IMG/VR virus record: IMGVR_UViG_3300007735_000974
Location: 3,884-67,883 of that record
Direction: 5' to 3' (one strand)
DNA length: 64,000 nucleotides
Source of the DNA: a virus
Shown: one piece after another, positions 37,474 to 46,251 of the stretch
How the letters are laid out: each line of letters starts with the position of its first letter
Numbering within the stretch: the first letter of the stretch is position 1
The notes under the pieces: generated by a model
What the model was told of the DNA's origin: nothing
Database searches by the model: none
Seen by the model: the letters and a program-made list of their open reading frames with translations, nothing else
Program-made: the position numbers and the translations under genes

Positions 37474-38153
37474 GTTTTATTCATTGTAATTACTTAGGTG
37501 ACATTGAATTAGAGTGCAAAACAACAGAAAGCATCCGTCTCTATAATCTTCCGAATGGAGACTGGGTGCCTTCTATTACTTCTGTAACTTCATTCTACAA
37601 TCGCCAGATCTTTGCGAAGTGGCGTGAGCGTGTTGGACTTGAAGAAGCAAATCGTATTACAAAGAAAGCAACAGCAAGAGGTACGGACTTTCATCAAGTC
37701 TGTCAGGACTATCTTGAAAATAAAGAACTTAACTGGGATGACTATCAACCCCTAACAAAGTTTATGTTCTTTCATGCTAAACCATATCTTGATAAGATAA
37801 ATAATATTCATGCGATTGAGAGAACTCTGTATTCAGAATACCTGGGATTAGCAGGTAGAGTTGATTGTATCGCAGAATACGATGGAGAACTTGCAGTCAT
37901 TGACTTCAAAACATCGGAAAAAATTAAACCAGAAAAATGGATTGAAAACTATTTCGTTCAAGAAACATTTTATGCTGCTGCATACTATGAACTGACTGAT
38001 ATCGTTCCTAAAAAACTTATTACCATTATGGTAACTCCTGGTGGTGAAGTCAAAATATTTGACAAAAGAAACAAAGGGGATTATATTAAGTTATTAGTTC
38101 GCTATATTAAGGAATTTGTACATCACAATACTGGGACAGAGAATGGAGAATGA
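37470..38153 (+). CDS. PD-(D/E)xK exonuclease (cyanophage exonuclease A type)
   Basis: PSITSV, RGT.FH, AGRVDC...IDFKTS, YFVQ..FYA. Confidence 0.85.
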   Translation: MSFIHCNYLGDIELECKTTESIRLYNLPNGDWVPSITSVTSFYNRQIFAKWRERVGLEEANRITKKATARGTDFHQVCQDYLENKELNWDDYQPLTKFMFFHAKPYLDKINNIHAIERTLYSEYLGLAGRVDCIAEYDGELAVIDFKTSEKIKPEKWIENYFVQETFYAAAYYELTDIVPKKLITIMVTPGGEVKIFDKRNKGDYIKLLVRYIKEFVHHNTGTENGE

Positions 38154-38400
38154 ATTAGAAAAGGTTCTGGAAAGTAAGTTTTTCTGTCCTGCTCGGTTTG
38201 CACAGGAGATTGAAACTCTTGTGCATAGTGAGGAAAAGATGAGTTACATTGATGCAATTATTCATTTCTGTGAGAAGAATAATCTTGATGTAGAATCAGT
38301 GCCCAAACTGATTTCGAAACCATTGAAAGAAAAGATTAAGTATGAAGCAATGGAACTTAACTTCTTGAAAAAGACCTCTCGTGCCAAATTAGTCTTTTAA
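38143..38400 (+). CDS. 33: Late promoter transcription accessory protein (gp33)
   Basis: YIDAI..FCE.N..E...KLISKPLKEK..EA..LN; T4-like gene order. Confidence 0.85.
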   Translation: MENELEKVLESKFFCPARFAQEIETLVHSEEKMSYIDAIIHFCEKNNLDVESVPKLISKPLKEKIKYEAMELNFLKKTSRAKLVF

Positions 38401-38456
38401 TTCTTTTTAGTGGGAAAATTTTCCCGGTAAAAATTCACTATATTACTTTTTTTTGA

Positions 38457-39053
38457 ATGATGCCTTTTGATGCTTATAAGTGTTATCTCTCTCTAAAAAA
38501 TCATTTTACGAAAGAGTCATATGATTATCACAAATATTGTGGTAAAAGTCGTGCAACAGTACAATCTTTTTATAAACGCAAAGATAGGTTTTGGTTTGAA
38601 AAAGTAGTAAGACAAAAATCAGATCAAGAAGTAGTAGATTTTTTTGTTGCAAATTTTGTTTCTTGTAGTGATCCCCAATCATTATGGATTGGTGAGATTA
38701 TGAAAGAGGGTGAAACAAGATATAGAGAATGGCAAAAGAAAGTTCAGTCACTCTCTTATCTGTTCAAGGAAGAATCTCAACAACTCTTCTCTCAATATAA
38801 GTTTGAGGAAGTATTTGATTGCTCCAAGTCTCATCCAATATTATTGCGAATGTTTCTGAGTGGAAAGATTAGTATTGAAACATTGGTCATCTATAACAGA
38901 ATCTTTCAGTACGGGAATAATTTTGATAAGAAATTAAAAGATCCTGTGTGGGAAACCGTCAGTATGAAAATTAAAAAGTACAGTCCATTTCTAAATATTG
39001 ATGTATTTCATTATAAAAGAATTTTGAAAAAAGTTATTCTTGGGGATTCATGA
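38457..39053 (+). CDS. 59: Helicase loader (gp59)
   Basis: Y..YLSLKNHF...YDY.KY.GK, F.KRKDR..F. Confidence 0.88.
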   Translation: MMPFDAYKCYLSLKNHFTKESYDYHKYCGKSRATVQSFYKRKDRFWFEKVVRQKSDQEVVDFFVANFVSCSDPQSLWIGEIMKEGETRYREWQKKVQSLSYLFKEESQQLFSQYKFEEVFDCSKSHPILLRMFLSGKISIETLVIYNRIFQYGNNFDKKLKDPVWETVSMKIKKYSPFLNIDVFHYKRILKKVILGDS

Positions 39054-39394
39054 GTTTTTTTAATTCCGATATCGTCCGTGCAGAGATGACCGAAATCTCC
39101 GAACTACAAGATGAAATCTATGGAAGTGTCTTCACTTTTCCTACAATGACGAAGGAAGAAAAAATTCGTCATGTTGAACTTTTGGATAAACTTTTAAATA
39201 AACAACAAATTCTTTATACTCGTCTAAGTCTATCTGATGATCCAGAAGCACAGAGAATGAAAGAAAAAATTTCAAGTTCTGCTGTAATGATGGGACTTTC
39301 TCCTGGTGTGGACATGAATGTTATCTTTAACAACATGTCTAAAATGCTTGAAGTGATGAAAGAACAGATTGACAAAAACGATTCTGACGAGTAG
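39050..39394 (+). CDS. DUF1825-like cyanobacterial/cyanophage protein
   Basis: FFNSDIV, KQ.I.YTRLSLSDDP.A. Confidence 0.75.
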   Translation: MSFFNSDIVRAEMTEISELQDEIYGSVFTFPTMTKEEKIRHVELLDKLLNKQQILYTRLSLSDDPEAQRMKEKISSSAVMMGLSPGVDMNVIFNNMSKMLEVMKEQIDKNDSDE

Positions 39395-39397
39395 AAT
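39369..39397 (+). promoter_or_regulatory. Sigma70-type promoter for gene 32
   Basis: TTGACA-17-TAGAAT. Confidence 0.7.
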
Positions 39398-39442
39398 AAC
39401 GAAGTACACAAAAGCCAAATCCGATTAATCTGAGGTATACAA

Positions 39443-40375
39443 ATGTCTTTTTCAGATCTTAAAAAGCAATCTTCTCTTGGTTCTTTGACTCAAAAACTGG
39501 TCAAAGAAGTTGAGAAGATGAGCACTACTTCTGGTGGTGCTGATGAACGTCTCTGGAAACCAGAGATGGATAAAACTGGCAACGGATTCGCAGTTATTCG
39601 TTTCCTGCCTGCTCCCGAAGGTGAAGAACTTCCTTGGGCAAAAATGTATTCCCATGCCTTTCAAGGTCCTGGTGGTTGGTACATTGAGAACTCACTGACT
39701 ACCATTGGTCAGAAAGATCCTCTTGGTGAATACAATCGTGAACTGTGGAACACTGGTACTGAAGCAAATAAAGAAACTGTTCGTAAGCAGAAGCGTAAAC
39801 TGTCTTACTATAGCAATATCTACGTTGTAAAAGATCCTGCAAATCCTGCAAACGAAGGTAAAGTCTTTCTGTTCAAATACGGCAAGAAGATTTTTGATAA
39901 GGTTATGGAAGCCATGCAACCTGAATTTGAAGATGAAACTCCTATCAATCCCTTTGACTTTTGGCAAGGTGCAAACTTCAAACTGAAGATTGTGAAGAAG
40001 GATGGTTACTGGAACTATGATAAATCTGAGTTTGATCGTCAGGGACCTCTTCTTGACGATGATGATGCAATGGAAGCAATTTGGAAGAAAGAGTATTCTC
40101 TTGCTGCTGTAGTTGCTCCCGATCAATTCAAGTCCTATGAAGATCTTGAGCGTCGTCTCAAGAATGTTCTGGGTCAAAAGAGTGCTGCTCGTGCAGTTGC
40201 TGAGCAAGAGGAAGTTTATGAGTCCTATACTCAAGCACCTACTGCTGAAAGTCGTGTAGTAGAAGAACTGGAGCAATCTTATGCTCGTTCTAAATCTCCT
40301 TCACTTCCCGTAGTTAATTCTGTAGATGAAGATGAAGATGATGCCTTGCAATATTTTCAACGCTTGGCAGAATAA
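39443..40375 (+). CDS. 32: Single-stranded DNA-binding protein (gp32)
   Basis: GNGFAVIRFLPA, HAFQGPGGWYIENS, KYGKKIFDK, GANFKLK, acidic tail. Confidence 0.96.
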   Translation: MSFSDLKKQSSLGSLTQKLVKEVEKMSTTSGGADERLWKPEMDKTGNGFAVIRFLPAPEGEELPWAKMYSHAFQGPGGWYIENSLTTIGQKDPLGEYNRELWNTGTEANKETVRKQKRKLSYYSNIYVVKDPANPANEGKVFLFKYGKKIFDKVMEAMQPEFEDETPINPFDFWQGANFKLKIVKKDGYWNYDKSEFDRQGPLLDDDDAMEAIWKKEYSLAAVVAPDQFKSYEDLERRLKNVLGQKSAARAVAEQEEVYESYTQAPTAESRVVEELEQSYARSKSPSLPVVNSVDEDEDDALQYFQRLAE

Positions 40376-40480
40376 ATAGTAATGCCTTAACTGACTCGCA
40401 TCTTTAAGGTTGGTGGGGGGAGAGAAATCTCCTCCTTTTTAATATAAATAATAATGCGAGTCATTTTAAGAGCAGTTATG
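40372..40480 (+). promoter_or_regulatory. Homing-endonuclease leader element, copy 1 (late promoter, hairpin, terminator, late promoter)
   Basis: ATAAATA; GCCTTAA/TTAAGGT stem; terminator; TATAAATA 40443-40450; loop TGACTCGCAT complementary to ATGCGAGTCA at 40454-40463. Confidence 0.7.
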
Positions 40481-41095
40481 GAATTTATAGAGTATCACTA
40501 TGTCTATTATTCCTATGAGGAATATGGAATGGGATATATTGGATCAAGAACTTGTAGATGCTTACCCGAAGAAGATGTAAAGTATTTTGGTTCATTCAAA
40601 GATGAAACATTCAAACCAACCAAGAAGATAATACTCAAAAGCGATTATACTACAAGAGAGGAAGCATATATTGATGAAATTGTTTTACAGCAGTACTATA
40701 AAGTAGTAGAAAATCCACACTTTGCTAATAGAGCATATCAAACTTCTACTGGTTTTAGTAGAAAAGGAGTGGTTCCTCATAACAAGGGAATTAAAATGTC
40801 TGAAGAACAAATAAAAAAACTAAGTGAATCCTGTAAAGGAAGAAAGTTATCTAATAAAACCAAACAAAAAATAAGTGAAAAAATTAAGGGAAGAGTTTTA
40901 TCAGAGGATCATAAAAGAAAAATAGGAGAATCAAATAAAGGAAAATCAAGACAAACTACGGAAGGTATAGAAAGACTTAAAAAGATGCAACAAGAAAAAA
41001 AAGGAAAACCTGGAAAGAAACATTCTGAAGAAACTAAAAGAAAAATAAGTGAAGCATCCAAAGGAAGAGTTCCTTGGAATAAAAAACCTAATTAG
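40478..41095 (+). CDS. Free-standing GIY-YIG/NUMOD3 homing endonuclease (Seg-like)
   Basis: HYVY...GYIGSR, YFGS, multiple (H)SEE(T)K.KI(S) NUMOD3 repeats, PWNK. An in-frame ATG also lies at 40454. Confidence 0.85.
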   Translation: MEFIEYHYVYYSYEEYGMGYIGSRTCRCLPEEDVKYFGSFKDETFKPTKKIILKSDYTTREEAYIDEIVLQQYYKVVENPHFANRAYQTSTGFSRKGVVPHNKGIKMSEEQIKKLSESCKGRKLSNKTKQKISEKIKGRVLSEDHKRKIGESNKGKSRQTTEGIERLKKMQQEKKGKPGKKHSEETKRKISEASKGRVPWNKKPN

Positions 41096-41756
41096 TTAAA
41101 CGAATATTATCTCCTCTCTTAAGGTCCTCACTAACATACTGTGAGGACCCTTTCCTATAGGGCATAATATCTCCCATATCATCAAAAACTACATTCAAGT
41201 ATCTTGGTTTAAGAACAAAGATATTTCTCTTATTATTCTCTAACTTATCTTCATACTCATAATTGGTAACTGGTTTTGCAATATTTCCAGTATTAACTTG
41301 TTTATTAATAAAGTAGTCATAATAATTTATTGAATATCCATTAGGAACTTCTAATCCACCAGGAACCATAATTACTCCTTGACTATTTTTGATTTCAGTT
41401 GTTTCGTAATGATGTATTCCATTATAAAGAGTATCATAATTGCCATACTTATTCAGCACGTATCTATCAAATCCATCTTGTGTTAATGGCCATTCTGTTT
41501 GAATATTGACTACATTATTGCAGAGAAGAACCAACCAATCTAATGTCGAATCTCCATAAACTTCAAAGGCAACATTATCGGGGCGATCATTTCCCCTAAT
41601 CTTATACTTTTCAAAGAATGCTAAGTCTTGGAAAATGTCTTCACGAAGTTTCCCTTTTTTAAAAATATTTTTTACGGGAATATAATCTCCAATATTAGCA
41701 TTTGGAAGTCTGCTGACGTAATCAAAATTTGGAACTTGGCGGAAGTAACTTGGCAT
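41088..41756 (-). CDS. 53: Baseplate wedge subunit (gp53)
   Basis: RPDNVAFEVYGD...WLVLL.N, WP, IHHYET, NYEYE...N..KRNI. Confidence 0.88.
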   Translation of the reverse strand: MPSYFRQVPNFDYVSRLPNANIGDYIPVKNIFKKGKLREDIFQDLAFFEKYKIRGNDRPDNVAFEVYGDSTLDWLVLLCNNVVNIQTEWPLTQDGFDRYVLNKYGNYDTLYNGIHHYETTEIKNSQGVIMVPGGLEVPNGYSINYYDYFINKQVNTGNIAKPVTNYEYEDKLENNKRNIFVLKPRYLNVVFDDMGDIMPYRKGSSQYVSEDLKRGDNIRLTN

Positions 41757-41757
41757 T

Positions 41758-43071
41758 TTAGTAACCTATTTCTGTGTCTGGTTGATTATCAGCATTTCCA
41801 TAATCATCATTAAAGATTGGTTCAAGTTCTGTAAATTGCATTTGAATTTCATATGATACCATTGCACCATCAGTAAATGTTGCATAATTTGCTTCTGGCG
41901 TATAATTTACAGTAAAAGATTGTAATGCACATTCTTTTATTTTATTAATAAATTTGTGTTCTTTATTTTTATGGAGATACTGAATTTGAAATGTATGGGG
42001 GGCTTTTAAAAATAGATTTGATTGTGTTCTGATTGGAGACATTCCTTGCTTAAAAAATCTAATAATACTTCTAACACTTTCTGCTTCTTTTTTGCTTCTT
42101 GGACTCAATCTGAATATAAAATTAAATGGTCTTAATTGAGGACCATTGAATAATAACTCCATATTTGGATTTGTTACTGCTCCCTGTGTTCTTGCAAGAA
42201 GTCCAGTGACTCCTGTAGCTGATTGTGCAAAATAAACTGATAATCCTTTTTTTGCATCTCCAAGATTATTCTGTAAAGCAGACAATCCATCATTAGCAGC
42301 ATCAGCACCCTCTTTTCCGCCACCATTGATTCCAGATAATGCTATTTTTGCTGCTTCAATTTCCAAAGCATTCATCGATTGAGAACCCCAATCCACTAGA
42401 TTTCCATCACTTATTCCTCCTGGAATTGGGAGAGTAACAGTTCCTATTATATCTCTACCTTTGTTTCCTGCTTGAATTCTTGAAGAAAACCCAAAACTAC
42501 TGCCTCCCGAACTTGCAAAATTTTTGGGTGAATATTTTACCATATTAAATTTAATCACATCTTGATATTCTACTTGTAGATTTTCTGGGTATTTTAATAT
42601 AAGGGAGAAATTGTTTCTTGTTCCTCCTTGTTCTTTTGCAATATCTGCTGTAAGAGCAGCTGTAGTTTTTGCATCTTCTGCTGATGTTCCAGCATTTGCT
42701 AAAGAACTTTTAAATTCCTTCGAATCTTTTATTTTTGCAAGTTCGTCTTTAGTTGATATTCCTGGAGTTGATAAAAGTTTAGTTGATTGTTGTTTATTTG
42801 CTTTTTCTGCGTTTTGTAGTTTGGTTAGTCCTTGGAATTTAACAAAGTTGTCATAATTACCACCTTTTGTTACTTTTCCACTAACATCTGTTGTTGTAAG
42901 TAATCCTCTTGTATTGCTTATAGGTTGTATAAGATATAATTGTCTCTGTCCTGTTGTTACATTTGTTACATTCGCATATCTATTACCATCCACAGTAAAC
43001 TCTGAAGAATATTCTTCAGGTTTATTTGAATTTATATTATTCCATCCATTAACAGTTGGTCTATCTGTCAT
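41758..43071 (-). CDS. 48: Baseplate tail tube cap (gp48)
   Basis: NPNMELLF.GP.LR.F.F.F..SPRS..EA, C.L....VNYTP. Confidence 0.85.
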   Translation of the reverse strand: MTDRPTVNGWNNINSNKPEEYSSEFTVDGNRYANVTNVTTGQRQLYLIQPISNTRGLLTTTDVSGKVTKGGNYDNFVKFQGLTKLQNAEKANKQQSTKLLSTPGISTKDELAKIKDSKEFKSSLANAGTSAEDAKTTAALTADIAKEQGGTRNNFSLILKYPENLQVEYQDVIKFNMVKYSPKNFASSGGSSFGFSSRIQAGNKGRDIIGTVTLPIPGGISDGNLVDWGSQSMNALEIEAAKIALSGINGGGKEGADAANDGLSALQNNLGDAKKGLSVYFAQSATGVTGLLARTQGAVTNPNMELLFNGPQLRPFNFIFRLSPRSKKEAESVRSIIRFFKQGMSPIRTQSNLFLKAPHTFQIQYLHKNKEHKFINKIKECALQSFTVNYTPEANYATFTDGAMVSYEIQMQFTELEPIFNDDYGNADNQPDTEIGY

Positions 43072-43087
43072 TATAGATATGGTCTTT

Positions 43088-43480
43088 TTATTTATTTAGA
43101 CGGAATTTTGCATAAGGTATAGACATTAATTCGTCAAGTTCATTATATCTAACTGTAAAAAGTTTTCCTGCAACTTCTTCCCAAGTATAATTTCTATATT
43201 TTTCCCAATGAAAATTAATTCCCCTAAATCCCCACTTAAAAAGACCTGTACAAGCAATTAGTGGATGTTGATCATATTCAATATTAGGTGTTTTTGGATT
43301 ATAAACAAAAGTATAAAACTTGCCAATTTCTGGATATAATGCATCTTCTTTAAGAACATCCATAATAATCAGCATCAATTCTTCGGGATTTTTTGTACCT
43401 GCTGCAGCAACTCTTTTTTTAAGTTCTTTTACTCTTGCAGTTGAGGATTTATCTACATACTGCCCGAAACCTTCTGCCAT
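43088..43480 (-). CDS. DNA end protector-like protein (gp2-like)
   Basis: GKFYTFVY.PKT...YDQHPLI...GFRGINFHW; adjacent to gene 4. Confidence 0.65.
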   Translation of the reverse strand: MAEGFGQYVDKSSTARVKELKKRVAAAGTKNPEELMLIIMDVLKEDALYPEIGKFYTFVYNPKTPNIEYDQHPLIACTGLFKWGFRGINFHWEKYRNYTWEEVAGKLFTVRYNELDELMSIPYAKFRLNK

Positions 43481-43917
43481 TAGAACAACTCTTCTTCGGT
43501 TATAATTTTAAATTCTAACATTCTATCTTTACACCACTCATCTGCTGCTTTCCACTTTGCCTGATTAACTGCATAAGTTTTTGCTTCATATAAAAATCCT
43601 TTTGTCATTCTTGATTTTGGTTTCGGTGGTTGAGTTTGTCTCTTTGGTTTGACTTCAATCACATATGTCTTAATTTGTCCGGTGATTTCTTTGACTTTGA
43701 TTATGAAATCTGGAAAGTATCTATGAACGCGATTATCAACGGGAGAGAGATATGGGATCCAAAACTCTTCACTTCCCCATTCAATTATATTTTCATTTAG
43801 ATCGCACCAAGAGCAGAAACGTCTTTCCCAACTACTCCTACAAATAATATTGTTTGCGTCACCTTTATATTTGTTTGGATGAGATGGTTTGTATTTGCTC
43901 TTAATACTTTCTGCCAT
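43480..43917 (-). CDS. 4: Head completion nuclease (gp4)
   Basis: P..KYKGD, RSSWE, W.SEE..IPY.SP.D...HRYFPDF, EVKP, N.AKW.AA. Confidence 0.92.
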   Translation of the reverse strand: MAESIKSKYKPSHPNKYKGDANNIICRSSWERRFCSWCDLNENIIEWGSEEFWIPYLSPVDNRVHRYFPDFIIKVKEITGQIKTYVIEVKPKRQTQPPKPKSRMTKGFLYEAKTYAVNQAKWKAADEWCKDRMLEFKIITEEELF

Positions 43918-43959
43918 TATCTCTACTACATAATATAACGGTTCAAAAAGTATTTATAA

Positions 43960-44835
43960 ATGCCTACTAAAAGGACAGTAGCATCCATTAAAGCAAATTT
44001 ACTTCGCCCAGCACTGACTTCTCATTTTGAAGTTGAAATTGCAGCACCAAGCAATGGTGAATTTAAAAAATTTCTTAAATATAATGGAGTAAATTACAAA
44101 CAGGAACAATTAAATTTACTATGTTCAGAAGCAACTCTTCCTGGATCGAGATTAGCGACTCTTGAAATTAATAATGATTTTACTGGCGTAACAGAAAGAC
44201 ACGCATATAGAAGAGTCTATGATGAGGGAATTGATTTTACTTTCTATGTTGATGCAGAGAACTATTTGCCAATTAGATTTTTTGAGACTTGGATTAAATT
44301 TATTGTAGATGAAGGTATTGGAAAACAGTCAGATAAAAATGCAGGATCAAAAGATCCACATTATTTTTATAGAGCAAGATACGTGGAAGAGTACGTTGCA
44401 TCTGGACTAAAAGTTATAAAATTTGAAAGAGATTATAAAGGACAGACTTTGGAGTATGAATTTATAAAATCATTTCCAACTTCTGTAACTTCAATACCAG
44501 TTTCTTATGATGCATCATCTCTACTTAAATGTACCGTAACTATGACTTATATTAGATATGTTTTGAATCAAGGAAGTGCAGAAGATATACAACAACCAAA
44601 TGATCAATCATCTTCAAAATCTCCAAGTGGATTTGGTGATCCTGCATTAGAAGCTGCTTATAACAGAGCAAATAATCCATTACAAGGAAATGGATTTGCT
44701 GATCCAAAACTTGAAGCAAGTGCTCAGGCAGCACTTGGCGGAGCAACTCCTGGATATTCTGATCCTGGTCTTGAAAAAGCATATCAAGCACAATTTGGAA
44801 ATAAAGAAGAAATTACAATAAATTCTTTTAGATAA
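43960..44835 (+). CDS. Tail tube-like baseplate protein (gp54/gp19 fold)
   Basis: LLCSEATLPG, YD...FTFYVD, FFETW, FP, L.K.TV...Y.RY. Confidence 0.7.
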   Translation: MPTKRTVASIKANLLRPALTSHFEVEIAAPSNGEFKKFLKYNGVNYKQEQLNLLCSEATLPGSRLATLEINNDFTGVTERHAYRRVYDEGIDFTFYVDAENYLPIRFFETWIKFIVDEGIGKQSDKNAGSKDPHYFYRARYVEEYVASGLKVIKFERDYKGQTLEYEFIKSFPTSVTSIPVSYDASSLLKCTVTMTYIRYVLNQGSAEDIQQPNDQSSSKSPSGFGDPALEAAYNRANNPLQGNGFADPKLEASAQAALGGATPGYSDPGLEKAYQAQFGNKEEITINSFR

Positions 44836-44845
44836 TTGTATAAAA

Positions 44846-44870
44846 AATGAGGGTCATTAAGACCCTCATT
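44846..44870. terminator. Bidirectional terminator-like hairpin
   Basis: AATGAGGGTC-ATTAA-GACCCTCATT between convergent genes. Confidence 0.7.
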
Positions 44871-44980
44871 CTCTTGCATTTGTGGGTGGATCAGGTAAAG
44901 GTAATATTGATATTATATAAGTCATACCAAAAATGGCACCTGTAAATATAAAATACGCAATTATTATTTTTTTTAGTAAA

Positions 44981-45220
44981 TTAATCATCTTTTTTATAGG
45001 AACCAATCATTCCAAGAGCGCCTGTAACTGCAATTAAATTTGAAAGTAAAAACCAATTTCCTTCAGCAGAGACATTCATTCTATGACGAATTTCTTGATG
45101 CTGTGCTCCCACGGAAACTGCTTTTTCAAGAGATTCCATGTCTTTAATTCCCCAAGATCCAAAATAAGTTGAAAGTCCAACTCCATAAAGAAAAACAAGA
45201 CCAAAGAAAAGTTGTCGCAT
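44981..45220 (-). CDS. Small two-helix membrane protein
   Basis: Two hydrophobic segments; own TATAAT promoter on the minus strand. Confidence 0.6.
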   Translation of the reverse strand: MRQLFFGLVFLYGVGLSTYFGSWGIKDMESLEKAVSVGAQHQEIRHRMNVSAEGNWFLLSNLIAVTGALGMIGSYKKDD

Positions 45221-45340
45221 TTGTGTTGTTTGTTTGTCCTCATATTATAGAGTATTTTCTGCAGAAAACCTATTGAGGTGGTCACTTTTTCATCCGTCCA
45301 CCCCCTATAAATAATCACACTGAACTACTTATAGGACATT

Positions 45341-46060
45341 ATGCCTTTACCAAAGATTTCTACGCCAACTTATGAACTTGAATTGCCATCAACAGGAGAA
45401 ACAATTCAATATCGACCATTTTTAGTTAAAGAAGAAAAACTACTTGTAATTGCTTTAGAAAGTGAAGAAACAAAGCAAATTACAACTGCGATTAAAACAG
45501 TTATCAAGAACTGTATTCTTACTAAAAGTATTAAGGTAGAAACTCTTCCTACTTTTGATATTGAATATTTGTTCTTAAATATTCGCGGTAAGTCTGTTGG
45601 AGAAGAACTTGAAGTTAATATTATTTGCCCTGATGATAGTGAGACTCAAGTACCTGTAAAAATTAATCTTGATGATATTCAAGTTCAAAAGAACGAAGAA
45701 CATACTAACAAGATAAAAGTTGATAAATCGATTATGATGGAAATGAAGTATCCTTCATTGGACCAATTCATCAAAAGTAATTTTGATTTTAATGATAAAA
45801 ATGCTATGGATCAATCATTTGATTTGATTGGATCTTGTATTGATAAAATTTATACAGAAGATGAAGTTTGGTCTACTGGTGATGTCACTAAAAAAGAACT
45901 GAGTGACTTTTTAGAATCAATGAATTCATCACAATTCAAAGAAATCGAAAAGTTTTTTGAGACGATGCCAAAACTTTCTCATAAAATTAAAGTTATAAAT
46001 CCAAAAACACAAGTAGAAAGTGAAGTTATCTTAGAAGGGTTAGCATCTTTTTTCGCATAG
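45341..46060 (+). CDS. 26: Baseplate hub subunit (gp26)
   Basis: MPLPK..TP.YEL.LPS, YRPFLVKEEK, FDIEYLFL.IR.KSVGE, FFETMP; TATAAATA upstream. Confidence 0.9.
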   Translation: MPLPKISTPTYELELPSTGETIQYRPFLVKEEKLLVIALESEETKQITTAIKTVIKNCILTKSIKVETLPTFDIEYLFLNIRGKSVGEELEVNIICPDDSETQVPVKINLDDIQVQKNEEHTNKIKVDKSIMMEMKYPSLDQFIKSNFDFNDKNAMDQSFDLIGSCIDKIYTEDEVWSTGDVTKKELSDFLESMNSSQFKEIEKFFETMPKLSHKIKVINPKTQVESEVILEGLASFFA

Positions 46061-46062
46061 CC

Positions 46063-46251
46063 TTGGTCCACATGGACCTTGAGAATTATTTTCGACTTAA
46101 TTTTTCGTTAATGCAATATCATAAATATTCATTAACAGAGATTGAAAATATGATTCCTTGGGAAAGGGATGTCTATGTTACATTGCTACAACAGCATCTT
46201 GAAGAAGAGCAAGCAAAACAACAGCAGCAAATGAGTAATGGACACTTCTAA
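46063..46251 (+). CDS. 51: Baseplate hub assembly catalyst (gp51)
   Basis: NFSLMQYHKYSLTEIENMIPWER.VYV.LL. Confidence 0.88.
   Translation: MVHMDLENYFRLNFSLMQYHKYSLTEIENMIPWERDVYVTLLQQHLEEEQAKQQQQMSNGHF

Noticed and set aside
37470-38153. Cas4 / CRISPR system
   Set aside because: The nuclease lacks the Cas4 Fe-S cysteine set and lies in the core phoH-exonuclease-33-59-32 order. No repeat-spacer array was seen in the window.
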